A stretch of 64,000 nucleotides of DNA from Acidimicrobiales bacterium (lineage in GTDB: Bacteria > Actinomycetota > Acidimicrobiia > Acidimicrobiales > SZUA-35), in the NCBI GenBank assembly GCA_037969565.1, contig JBBKXQ010000020.1:19180-83179 (forward strand), in the 5' to 3' direction. Position 1 is the stretch's first letter. Each line of letters starts with the position of its first letter. Below the pieces are notes generated by a model, which saw only the letters and a program-made list of their open reading frames with translations, had not been told where the DNA came from and did no database searches. The position numbers were made by a program, and so were the translations under genes. This document shows, one piece after another, positions 10,062 through 19,149 of the stretch.

Positions 10062-12185
10062 TCAGAGCGTGGTTGCGTTCGAGATTTCTTTGAGGAGGTC
10101 GGCATTCGATTTGCTTCCCTCGAGACGTTCGACCAGGCGACGGGCAGCGTCAACGGCCGGTCCGTCGGCCTCGTCGACGGCCTCGGCCATCAGCCGGCGA
10201 AGGACGTCCACGGCCTCGAGGTCGTCGGGATCAACCAGTAGATCGGCACTCCGCGTGTGGGACAACTCGAGGTCGAGGTTCGGGAACACGCCTTCATCGG
10301 CGAGCCACGCGTCGAGATGCAACTCGGACGTGGCCGTGCCGCGGAACTCGTCGAACAGCGCCTCGTCGAACACTGCGCCGGTGCCAACGGTGATCGTGGC
10401 GAGGATCGTGAGCGATCCCGCTTCTTCCAGCTTTCGGGCCGATCCGAAGAAACGTTTGGTCGGGTGGAGAGCGCTGGCATCCACGCCCGTGATCGTGCGG
10501 CCGGTTGCGGGTGTGCCGAGACCATACGCACGGGCAATGGCGGTGAGTCCGTCGGCGATGATCACCACATCTTCGCCTGCCTCGACCATCCGTTTCGCCC
10601 GCTCGATGGTGAAATCGGCGAGAGCCACCTGCTCCTCGGGCGGAGCATCGAAGGTTGCCGCCCCGACCTCACCGTGGGTGAGTGCCTGTTCGATGGTGAC
10701 GACCTCTTCGGGCCGCCCGTCGAACTGAAGGACCATCAGGTGGACTTCCGGGTTGTTGGTTTCGATCGCCACGGCAATCTGCTTGATCAGTTCGGCCGAA
10801 CCAGCTTCGGGCGGGGCAACGATGAGACAACGCTGACCTTTACCGATCGGGGCGATCAGATCGACCAGTCGGGCCGCCGACGCCGTCGGAACGTCGAGCA
10901 TTTCGAGGCTGAGCCGTTCGAATGGGTAGACAGGGGTGAGATCTTCGAACCGAACCCGGGCCTTGCTGTCCTCTGGATCGGCGCCGTTGACACTCGTGAT
11001 GGTCTGGAGAGCCGGATTCTTCTCGTTGCGGTTCGCGGGCCGGGCCGTGCCTTCGACCAGGTCGCCTTTGCGGAGACCATGTTGGCGCGCCATCTTCACC
11101 GGCACATACACGTCCTCGGCGGACTGCAGATAGCCGTTGACACGGAGAAAGCCATACCCGTCCTCGCGGAGATCGAGATACCCCGACGACCGGATCGGTT
11201 CGAGGGTCGGGAGCTGTTCCTCGTCCCGATCCCGGCCTCGGCCTCGACGACGACGACGACGGTTTGCCGACTCGGAATCTTCGCCCTGGTTGTTCTCGGC
11301 GTCGACGACAGAGGACTCATTCGAGCCGCCATCGGAACCGGAATCGGTGGACCCACTCTTGGCCGAACTGTCCGATTGAGAGCCACTGCTCTGCGAACCA
11401 CTGCTCTGCGAACCACCGGTCTGGCCGTTTCGGCCCTGATTGCTGCCCCGCTGACTGCTGCCGCCCTGACTGCTGCCGCCCTGACTGCTGCCACCCTGGT
11501 TACCGCCGCCCTGATTGCTGCGGCCTTGACCCGAACGTGGGCTGCCGGTCTCCGTGCCCCCACCGTTCTCGATCTCAGTCTCCCATTCGGCCGGCGGCTC
11601 GCCGCCTTTGCCCCGGCGACGACGCGACGAATTGCCGCCTCCCGGACTCGATTCGCCGCGCTGACCGCCGGCGGGGCTGTTCCGGCCCGACCCCGATCGG
11701 TCTCCACTCGTTCGATCAGCACTCGTTCGATCAGCACTCGTTCGGTCAGCACTCGTTCGGTCAGCACTCGTTCGGTCAGCACTGCTTTGATCAGTCGAGG
11801 TGCGATCCGCTGCGTGATCAGTAGAACCTCGGCCGCCGGCATCCTGAGACGATCCGGGTTGGGCCGTAGACGTCGCGGCCCGTTCGGTCCCGAGACGCTC
11901 GCCGGCAGATTCGGAGCCCTGATCGGCCTCGGGCCGCTCTCCGGAATCAGACTTGCCGGAATCAGACTTGCCGGAATCAGATCGTTCCGACGCGGCGCTA
12001 CTTCCTGCAGTCACACCGCTTCCGGCGGTGACACCCGAGAGTTCCAGAATGCTGTCGATCAGCGCCGCCTTTGTCGCACGGCTTGCGATCTTCCCACCGA
12101 GCGCGGTGATGATGGTCTGGAGTTCGGATTTGTCTTTTTTCTGCAGGTCGACGCGTTCGACGGTCAGGTTGTCGCTCACGGACAC
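10062..12185 (-). CDS. rho: transcription termination factor Rho homologue with a long low-complexity N-terminal insertion and substituted ATPase motifs
   Basis: 707 aa. RNA-binding domain (GYGFLRV, YVPVKMARQHGLRKGDLV) and Rho C-domain scaffold (PIGKGQR, RPEEV, ARAYG, HPTKRFFGSARKLEEAGSLTILAT, VFPNLD) are present. Syntenic position thrC-rho-rpmE. GTG start at 12185 or 12179. Confidence 0.93.
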   Translation of the reverse strand: MSVSDNLTVERVDLQKKDKSELQTIITALGGKIASRATKAALIDSILELSGVTAGSGVTAGSSAASERSDSGKSDSGKSDSGERPEADQGSESAGERLGTERAATSTAQPGSSQDAGGRGSTDHAADRTSTDQSSADRTSADRTSADRTSADRTSADRTSGDRSGSGRNSPAGGQRGESSPGGGNSSRRRRGKGGEPPAEWETEIENGGGTETGSPRSGQGRSNQGGGNQGGSSQGGSSQGGSSQRGSNQGRNGQTGGSQSSGSQSSGSQSDSSAKSGSTDSGSDGGSNESSVVDAENNQGEDSESANRRRRRRGRGRDRDEEQLPTLEPIRSSGYLDLREDGYGFLRVNGYLQSAEDVYVPVKMARQHGLRKGDLVEGTARPANRNEKNPALQTITSVNGADPEDSKARVRFEDLTPVYPFERLSLEMLDVPTASAARLVDLIAPIGKGQRCLIVAPPEAGSAELIKQIAVAIETNNPEVHLMVLQFDGRPEEVVTIEQALTHGEVGAATFDAPPEEQVALADFTIERAKRMVEAGEDVVIIADGLTAIARAYGLGTPATGRTITGVDASALHPTKRFFGSARKLEEAGSLTILATITVGTGAVFDEALFDEFRGTATSELHLDAWLADEGVFPNLDLELSHTRSADLLVDPDDLEAVDVLRRLMAEAVDEADGPAVDAARRLVERLEGSKSNADLLKEISNATTL
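11383..11530. repeat. 15-bp tandem repeats inside rho (encode GSQSS and GGSSQ/GGNQG pentapeptide units)
   Basis: ccactgctctgcgaa x2 plus one degenerate unit, then about six units of ccctgactgctgccg-type sequence. Several units are identical. Confidence 0.9.
11705..11794. repeat. 15-bp tandem repeat x6 inside rho (encodes SADRT pentapeptide units)
   Basis: cactcgttcgatcag x2, cactcgttcggtcag x3, plus one degenerate unit, read directly from the sequence. Confidence 0.95.
11941..11985. repeat. 15-bp tandem repeat x3 inside rho (encodes SGKSD units)
   Basis: ccggaatcagacttg x2 then ccggaatcagatcgt. Confidence 0.9.
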
Positions 12186-12452
12186 ACTCCTCAGAGGTGA
12201 CCTCCGCTCGCGGTGCGAGGGGGCCGGTATTTGCCAGGACGGCTATGGGTTCGGGTCGCACATCAGGCTGGATCAACGCTCAGAGCGCTTCTCAGGCCCA
12301 GACGGCGGAGCTCTGCGATCGTGTGCCTCAGTGAAGAGAAGGCTCCGAACAGCGCGGCTTGGGGGCGAGGGTAGCGACTAGGTGACGCGACTCCCACGTC
12401 TCGGATCGGCCGACATCGCCCCGAGATGAGCCGAATTGCGCTCGCAATGATC

Positions 12453-13841
12453 TCAGAGCCGAGCTTTCAGTTGACGAACGAGGTCGATGACGGAAAGCAG
12501 ATTGTTCGGTGATTCGACGAAGTGTTCGGGTCGATCGAACAACTCCGACAGGAACGATGGGAGCGGGGGGCGCACCCCGGTTGCCTCCTCGACAGCATCG
12601 GGGAACTTCGCCGGATCGGCGGTGGCCAGGGTGATCATCGGCACGCCGGCCACGCCCTGACCTCTCGCCACCCTCGTGCCGACGGCCGTGTGGGGATCGA
12701 TCAACAGCCCCAGACGATCGTGGACGAACGCCATTTCGGAGAGGGTCTCCGCGTCATCCACTCTGCCGGCGTCGAAGTCGGAGCGGAGCCGAACCGTCCA
12801 CTCCTCGGGAATTGCGGCCCGACCGGTTGCACGAAAGGTCGTGAGGATCTCGGTGACGGCGACCCCGTCGCGTCCGCTCGCTTCCCACAAGATCCTCTCG
12901 AAGTTCGAGGAAACCTGGATGTCCATGCTCGGGCTCAACGATGGCATCACCACGTTGGCCAGTAACTCGCCGGTCTCGAAGTATCGGGTGAGAACGTCGT
13001 TTTGATTGCTGGCCACGATCAACCGATCGATCGGGAGGCCCATTTGTTTGGCATACCAACCAGCGAGCACATTGCCGAAGTTGCCTGTCGGCACGCAGAA
13101 GCTCACCGGCCTCTCGCCTCCGGTGAGCCGAAGTGATGCGCTCACGTAATACACGATCTGGGCCATGACCCGGCCCCAGTTGATCGAGTTCACCGCAGCC
13201 AGGCGCAGTTCGGATCTGATCTCGGGGTTGTTGAATGCCTCTTTGACCAGGTCTTGGCAGTCATCGAATGTGCCGGTAACGGCGATGTTGAGGATGTTTG
13301 CAGCATCAACCGTGGTCATCTGGCGACGTTGCACATCACTCACCCGGCCCAGCGGATGGAGCACCGCAGCGGCAACATTCGACCGATGGGCGAGCGCTTC
13401 GATCGCGGCCGAACCCGTGTCGCCCGATGTAGCGGCGAAGACGATGGCGTGCTCGCCTCGGCCGCTCAACTCGTGATCGAGCATTCGTCCGACCAGCTGC
13501 AATGCCACGTCTTTGAATGCGAGCGTCGGACCTTGCGACAGATCGAGGAGAAACTGTTCGTCGCCGAGATCGATCAGCGGGCACACGTCGGCATGCCGGA
13601 ACGGCGCATACGCGTCGTCGACCATGACAACGAACACGTCATGGTCGATCGAGCCCTCGACAAACGGCCACATCACGCGTTTTGCCACCTCGGCGTAGGG
13701 CATGTCGGGGCTGAGTTCGGGCAGGGCCGGGACGGATTCCGGGCAGTACAGACCGCCGTCGGTGGCCAGACCGGCCAGAAGAGCATCGGCGAAGCTCAGC
13801 GTCGGGGCCTGGCCTCGGGTTGACGCGTAGGAGATCACCAT
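12453..13841 (-). CDS. thrC: threonine synthase
   Basis: 462 aa. PLP-Lys motif (GPTLAFKDVALQ) and overall ThrC similarity. Lies 3 nt after the hom stop. Confidence 0.95.
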   Translation of the reverse strand: MVISYASTRGQAPTLSFADALLAGLATDGGLYCPESVPALPELSPDMPYAEVAKRVMWPFVEGSIDHDVFVVMVDDAYAPFRHADVCPLIDLGDEQFLLDLSQGPTLAFKDVALQLVGRMLDHELSGRGEHAIVFAATSGDTGSAAIEALAHRSNVAAAVLHPLGRVSDVQRRQMTTVDAANILNIAVTGTFDDCQDLVKEAFNNPEIRSELRLAAVNSINWGRVMAQIVYYVSASLRLTGGERPVSFCVPTGNFGNVLAGWYAKQMGLPIDRLIVASNQNDVLTRYFETGELLANVVMPSLSPSMDIQVSSNFERILWEASGRDGVAVTEILTTFRATGRAAIPEEWTVRLRSDFDAGRVDDAETLSEMAFVHDRLGLLIDPHTAVGTRVARGQGVAGVPMITLATADPAKFPDAVEEATGVRPPLPSFLSELFDRPEHFVESPNNLLSVIDLVRQLKARL

Positions 13842-13844
13842 CGC

Positions 13845-15143
13845 TCAGTTGATCACGCGCATGACGCTGTGAATGCCGCTGACCACGTCCAGAGCACGAA
13901 GGTCGACAAGCGTGGCCTGCAATGCTCGCTCTTTGGCCTGATGGGTGATGAAGACCAGCCGAGCCTCGGCTTCGAGTCCTTCTTGCTCCATCGAACGGAT
14001 CGAAACACCGTGCTCGCCGAAGATCCCCGACACCCGAGACAGAACCCCCGGCGAATCACGGACTTCGAGATTCACGTAGTACGCACTCTCGAGATCATCG
14101 ATTGCTCGGATCTTGGCCGTGGCCTGAGCATGGCTGCCGGGCACGGTTCGGTGGCTCCCGCGGCGCAGATTGATCGCGGCGTCGACGAGATCACCCAGCA
14201 CAGCAGACGCCGTTGGGAGGCCACCGGCGCCCCGGCCGTAGAACATCAGTTCGCCGGCGGCCCGGCAGTCGACGAAGACGGCGTTGAAGCTGCCTCGAAC
14301 CGAGGCAAGGGGGTGAGCATTCGGAACCATCGAGGGGTGAACGCGAACTCCGACCTCACGACCGTTTTCGTCGTCGAAGACCTCGGCGATGGCCAGCAGC
14401 TTGATCTGGTAGCCCAGCCGGTTGGCGAAAGCGATGTCGGCCTGGGAGACGTTGGAGATGCCCTCGTGATAGACGTCGCCCGCGACCACCCGAGAACCGA
14501 ATGCGATCGACGCCATGATGGCCGCCTTGGCCCCGGCATCGAATCCCTCGACGTCGGCGGTCGGATCCCGTTCGGCGTATCCGAGTTCCTGCGCCTCCTT
14601 CAGAGCTACGGCGTAGTCGGCGCCGTCCTCACTCATCTTGGTGAGGATGAAGTTGGTGGTGCCGTTGACGATGCCCATGACCCGAAGGATGTCTTCTCCG
14701 AGGAGCGACTCTCGCAAGGGGCGAACGATCGGGATGGCGGCAGCAACCGCCGCCTCGAAGAGAATGTCGACTCCGGCCGCGTCGGCTGCGGCGTAGAGCT
14801 CGGAACCGCAATTGGCCAGCAGTTCCTTGTTGGCCGTGATCACCGGCTTGCCGTTGGCCAACGCGGTCAAGATCAGCTCGCGGGCAGGCTCGATTCCACC
14901 GATCACCTCGACGATCACGTCGATGTCGGGGTCGGCAACGAGGGCACGGGCATCGGTGGTGAGCAACTCGCGATCGACCGACCGGTTGCGATCCCTGCTG
15001 GTGCTGCGAACGGCGATGTCGGTGATGACGATGTCGAGTCCGGTGGCAATTCGGATCGCTTCATTCCGCATGTCGAGCAGTTCGACCAGGGAACCCCCAA
15101 CGATGCCGCAACCCAGAACGCCGACCTTCACCTGTTCATTCAC
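13845..15143 (-). CDS. hom: homoserine dehydrogenase
   Basis: NAD motif VGVLGCGIVGG, Hom catalytic domain and C-terminal ACT domain. Start GTG 15143 or 15131. The track ORF to 15500 overlaps lysA and was rejected. Confidence 0.9.
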   Translation of the reverse strand: MNEQVKVGVLGCGIVGGSLVELLDMRNEAIRIATGLDIVITDIAVRSTSRDRNRSVDRELLTTDARALVADPDIDVIVEVIGGIEPARELILTALANGKPVITANKELLANCGSELYAAADAAGVDILFEAAVAAAIPIVRPLRESLLGEDILRVMGIVNGTTNFILTKMSEDGADYAVALKEAQELGYAERDPTADVEGFDAGAKAAIMASIAFGSRVVAGDVYHEGISNVSQADIAFANRLGYQIKLLAIAEVFDDENGREVGVRVHPSMVPNAHPLASVRGSFNAVFVDCRAAGELMFYGRGAGGLPTASAVLGDLVDAAINLRRGSHRTVPGSHAQATAKIRAIDDLESAYYVNLEVRDSPGVLSRVSGIFGEHGVSIRSMEQEGLEAEARLVFITHQAKERALQATLVDLRALDVVSGIHSVMRVIN

Positions 15144-15198
15144 AGCCGAGAGCGTATTGCGCCGGATGGCGAGTCGACGGCGATTTGGTCGAGGTCGT

Positions 15199-16476
15199 TC
15201 AGCCAACGTCGGAGTTGAGGAGATCGGCGTACGTTTCGCGTCGTACCACGAGTCGGGCATTGCCCTTCGAGCAGAACACGACCGGCGGCCGCAGAACCTT
15301 GTTGTAGTTCGACCCCATCGAGTGGCCGTAGGCGCCCGTGACCGGCGTGGCGAGGATGTCACCGACTCGAAGGGAGCTCGGCAGATGGCCCTCGCGAACG
15401 AGCAGGTCGCCGGACTCGCAATGTTTCCCGACGACGCGGGCCGCCAGTGTTCGTTCGGCGGTGACGTCTCGTGGGAGGAACGTCTCGTAGCCAGAGCCAT
15501 AGAGCACCGGACGAGGGTTGTCGCTCATACCACCGTCGACTGCGACGTAGGTTCGGATGCCATCGAGGTGCTTGATGGTTCCGACGGTGTACAGCGTGAG
15601 CGCCGCCGCCGCCGCGATCGACCGCCCCGGTTCGATCCCGATCGAGGCGGTCACGCCGGCTGCGGCTGCGCCATCCAACAGAATCTTCCCCCACTGGCTG
15701 ATCGTGGGCGCTTCCTCACCCTCGACATAAGCAACACCGAGTCCACCACCAACGACGAGTTCGTCGAGGCCGAGCGGATTCGAGAACTCGGCGAGCACCT
15801 CGACGGCGTTGGCAAAGGATTCGGCCCGGAACACCTGAGAGCCGATGTGGGCATGGATCCCGACGAGTTTCATCCCGCTCGATCCGGTGGCCCGTTCCAC
15901 AGCTCGAGCGGCAAGTCCCGTGGAGACGGTGAAACCGAACTTGGAGTCGTCCTGTCCGGTGGAGATGAACTCGTGGGTGTGAGCTTCGACCCCGGGAGTG
16001 ATTCGGAGCAACACCGACGGCACACTCTTTCCGCCACTCACCAGACGTTCGATTCGGTCGATCTCCTCGAAGCTGTCGACAACAACACGGCCGACCCCGG
16101 CGTCGAGCGCCATCGACAACTCTTGCTCGGACTTGTTGTTGCCATGCATCACCAACCGATCGGCCGGAACGCCGGCGCTGAGGGCAATGTGAAGCTCGCC
16201 CCCAGTGGCGACGTCGAGGCTCATGCCTTCCTCGAAGGCGAGACGAGCCATGGCCTGGCAGAGAAAGGCCTTCGTCGCATAGGTGGCGTGTCGACCGAAC
16301 AGTTCGACGGCTTCCCGACACCGACTTCGCAGATGGTCTTCGTCGTAGATGAACGCAGGTGTTCCGAATTCGGCCGCGAGTTCGAGCGTGTCGCACCCAC
16401 CGATGAGCAGTTGGCCCGATGAGCCGACCGACGCGTTGTCAGAAAGGAGATGCCTCGGAACGGGATTGGAACTCAT
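15199..16476 (-). CDS. lysA: diaminopimelate decarboxylase
   Basis: 425 aa. Orn/DAP/Arg decarboxylase fold with the PLP-Lys region (YATKAF) and GGGLGV motif. Syntenic between argS and hom. Confidence 0.95.
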   Translation of the reverse strand: MSSNPVPRHLLSDNASVGSSGQLLIGGCDTLELAAEFGTPAFIYDEDHLRSRCREAVELFGRHATYATKAFLCQAMARLAFEEGMSLDVATGGELHIALSAGVPADRLVMHGNNKSEQELSMALDAGVGRVVVDSFEEIDRIERLVSGGKSVPSVLLRITPGVEAHTHEFISTGQDDSKFGFTVSTGLAARAVERATGSSGMKLVGIHAHIGSQVFRAESFANAVEVLAEFSNPLGLDELVVGGGLGVAYVEGEEAPTISQWGKILLDGAAAAGVTASIGIEPGRSIAAAAALTLYTVGTIKHLDGIRTYVAVDGGMSDNPRPVLYGSGYETFLPRDVTAERTLAARVVGKHCESGDLLVREGHLPSSLRVGDILATPVTGAYGHSMGSNYNKVLRPPVVFCSKGNARLVVRRETYADLLNSDVG

Positions 16477-16479
16477 GAT

Positions 16480-18084
16480 CTACATCTGCTCCGGAGCATC
16501 GACACCGAGCAGGTCGAGACCGATGGCGATGCCGATACGACTCGCTTCGGTGAGCCACAGTCGCGCCTGCTGAAGCTCAGCGGGAACGTCGTCCCGCAAG
16601 ACGGGGCAGTCGTGATAGAAGCCCTGAAACGCCGAAGCGAGCTCGCGAACCCATGTGGTGATCTTCTGTGGGGCCCGTTCCACACAGGCCGCTTCGATCA
16701 CCTCGGGAAGGGCGAAGAGGTCGCGCAGAAGCTGCAACTCCCGTTCGTGTACGAGCAGTGAGAGGTCGGCTTCGCCCAGCGGGGCGCGCACGATTCCCCG
16801 TTTCGCTGCTTCCCGGCCGATCGAATGGATTCGAGCGTGAGCGTACTGGACATAGAAGACCGGATTGTCGGAGGACTGCTTCTTGAGGAGGTCGATGTCG
16901 ATCGTCTGTGACGTGTCGATGGATTGCATCAGGTAGGCAAACCGGGTGACATCGGGGCCGAGGTCGTCAACGAGCTCTTCGAGCAGAACCATGTCGCCCG
17001 AACGCTTGGAGAGCTTGACCTCTTCGCCGTTCCGGAGCAGCTTCACGTTCTGTCCGATGATGGCTTCGTATGACTCGGCGGGGTGGCCCAAGGCCTGGAG
17101 AGCGGCCCGCATCCGGGGCACATACCCGTGGTGGTCGGCGCCGAGAATGTCGATGATCAGATCGCCGCGGTCGTACTTGCTCTCGTGGTATCCGATGTCG
17201 GGCAGCATGTAGGTCATGGCGCCGTCGGACTTGATGAGCACCCGATCCTTGTCGTCACCGAAGTCGGAGGTCCGGAGCCAGGTTGCCCCCTCCTCCTCGT
17301 AGACCGCTCCGGTTTCTCGGAGCCGCTCGAGGGCGCTCATCATGTACCCCGCGTCGATCGATTCACGCTCGCTCGACCACGTGTCGAACTCGACATGCAT
17401 GGCGGCGAGTGCAGCCTTCTGATCGTCGAGGGCATGACGGATCGCCCACTCGGTCGGGTCGACGTCATCGGGCATCTCGCGGGCCCAGTCCCGGATGTAT
17501 TCACCTTTGTAACCGTCGTCGGAGACCTCGACGCCGTTCTTCCGAGCGAGAAGCGAGTTCACGAAATTACTGATCTGAACACCACGATCGTTGACGTAAG
17601 TTTCCGCATGGGGCCGAAAGCCGCATCGGGCGAAGATCCGGCAGAGCGAATCGCCATAGGTGGCCCACCGCCCGTGCCCGGCATGGAGCGGCCCGGTCGG
17701 ATTCGCCGAAACGAACTCGAGGTTGACCCGTAGCCCGCCGCCGAGGTCGGGGCTGGCGTAAGCCTTCTCGCCTTGGGCGACGACCTCGTTCAGGACGTCG
17801 TGAAGCCAGGTGTTCGCCAGCCGAAAATTCACGAAGCCCGGACCAGCCACCTCGAGCGCCACGACGTGTTCGGGCCGATTGGCCTCGAGATGACCAGCCA
17901 GCGCCTGTCCCACCTCACGAGGGTTCTTGCCGAGTTGTTTCGCACAAACGAGCGCCGCGTTCGTGCTCCAGTCACCGTGTTCCTGACGAGCCGGACGTTC
18001 GATCACGACGGCGTCGGGAACCTCGGCGACGCCGAGATCCTTCAGGGCTTGATGCACGGCAGCGAGCAAGTCGTCACGAATCAC
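16480..18084 (-). CDS. argS: arginine--tRNA ligase
   Basis: 534 aa, class I HIGH region (SANPTGPLHAGHGR) and overall ArgRS similarity. GTG start. Confidence 0.96.
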   Translation of the reverse strand: MIRDDLLAAVHQALKDLGVAEVPDAVVIERPARQEHGDWSTNAALVCAKQLGKNPREVGQALAGHLEANRPEHVVALEVAGPGFVNFRLANTWLHDVLNEVVAQGEKAYASPDLGGGLRVNLEFVSANPTGPLHAGHGRWATYGDSLCRIFARCGFRPHAETYVNDRGVQISNFVNSLLARKNGVEVSDDGYKGEYIRDWAREMPDDVDPTEWAIRHALDDQKAALAAMHVEFDTWSSERESIDAGYMMSALERLRETGAVYEEEGATWLRTSDFGDDKDRVLIKSDGAMTYMLPDIGYHESKYDRGDLIIDILGADHHGYVPRMRAALQALGHPAESYEAIIGQNVKLLRNGEEVKLSKRSGDMVLLEELVDDLGPDVTRFAYLMQSIDTSQTIDIDLLKKQSSDNPVFYVQYAHARIHSIGREAAKRGIVRAPLGEADLSLLVHERELQLLRDLFALPEVIEAACVERAPQKITTWVRELASAFQGFYHDCPVLRDDVPAELQQARLWLTEASRIGIAIGLDLLGVDAPEQM

Positions 18085-18165
18085 CGCGAGAGCGTATCGG
18101 CCGACCTCGGACCGCCCCGGCGATTCTCACGTGCAAACGGCACTGATCCGAGACAACCTGGGTCG

Positions 18166-18546
18166 ATGGCAACCGATGAGAAGTTCTTCCCCTACGAAAT
18201 CGACAAGCGTTGGGCTCCCCTGCTGCTTCCGCTCGGCGTAGGCAAGAGCGACGGTGTCACGATCAGCGACGATCACCTGGTAGCAACATTTGGCTGGGTC
18301 AAGGTCCGGACGCCGCTGAGCAACGTCGACCACACCGAGGTCACCGGTCCGCATCGTTGGTACACCGCGGTCGGACTACGGATGAGCTTTGCCGATGACG
18401 GGATCACGTTCGGAACCAATCACCACAAGGCACTGTGCATCGGCTTCGTCGAGCCGATCCCGAGAGTCGTTGGTTTCCACACCCACTCCGCGTTGTCGGT
18501 GAGCGTCGCCGACCCGGCAGGACTTGCGGCCGCAATCCGACGCTGA
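18166..18546 (+). CDS. hypothetical protein (126 aa)
   Basis: ATG 18166 within the longer track ORF. High GC3. No family recognised. Confidence 0.5.
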   Translation: MATDEKFFPYEIDKRWAPLLLPLGVGKSDGVTISDDHLVATFGWVKVRTPLSNVDHTEVTGPHRWYTAVGLRMSFADDGITFGTNHHKALCIGFVEPIPRVVGFHTHSALSVSVADPAGLAAAIRR

Positions 18547-18570
18547 GCGCCGACGACCTACGCTCCGGTC

Positions 18571-19107
18571 ATGGCTCGAATTCCCGACGTCGACCCGCTG
18601 GACGTTCCGGCCCGAGTGAAAGCAACGCTCGACACCCAAGCCGCCCAGTGGGGTGAACCGTTGGCCAATCACCTGCTCTATGCCCATCGGCCGTCGATCT
18701 TCAAAGGCGTTCGAGGGATGTGGTCGGCCATCGAAGAGTCGTCGCTGTTGGACCCAGCACTCGTGTCATTGGTCAATCGTCGCGTGGCGGCTCGAGTCGG
18801 CTGCGTGTTCTGACAGGACATCAACGCTGCGGTCGGCAGCACCCAAGGGCTCAGTGAGACCAAACTCGATTCGGTTGTCGTCGTGCCTCTCGATCGAGAC
18901 CAGTTCGACAGCCGAGAACTGGCGGCGCTGGACTACGCCGACGCCATGACCGTGGCTGATGTGGATGACCCGCTGTTCGCTCGAGTCTCCTCGGAGTTCA
19001 GTACCGAAGAAATCGTCGAACTCACCGAAGTGATCGCCTGGGAGAACGCGTCCGCCCGATTCAATCGGGCCCTCAGAGTCCACTCGCAGCATCTCTGGCG
19101 ACGCTGA
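18571..19107 (+). CDS. carboxymuconolactone decarboxylase / AhpD-like family protein with an in-frame TGA at 18811-18813 (candidate selenocysteine, CxxU; alternatively a nonsense pseudogene)
   Basis: Track ORFs 18571-18813 and 18883-19107 share one frame, and no stop other than this TGA lies between them. Joined they read ...RVAARVGCVF[TGA]QDINAAVG...ELTEVIAWENASARFNRAL, typical of the CMD family. Confidence 0.7.
18826..18840 (+). other. candidate bacterial SECIS apical hairpin
   Basis: Perfect 5-bp stem GCUGC/GCAGC with loop GGUCG. The stem starts 12 nt after the TGA, so the loop begins 17 nt after it. Confidence 0.4.
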
Positions 19108-19149
19108 CCTGATCGGGCCAGGTCAATCACCTGCGCCCCGTGTGCGTCG

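Noticed and set aside
11383-11794. Possibility that the regular short repeats (here and at 20613, 26621 and 56648) are CRISPR arrays.
   Set aside because: The units are directly tandem with no spacers and are only 14-15 bp long. Most lie inside coding sequence, and no cas genes are present.
10257-12200. 647-aa plus-strand ORF antisense to rho. Similar long shadow ORFs include 3599-4798(+), 2823-3986(-), 8555-9766(+), 13869-15218(+), 14812-16422(+), 26102-27622(+), 32952-34208(-), 37970-39484(-), 53946-55031(+), 56954-58048(+) and 60168-61271(+).
   Set aside because: These are Arg/Gly/Pro-rich products opposite or out of frame with genes that have strong family motifs. Such stop-poor frames are the expected artefact of a 65% GC genome.
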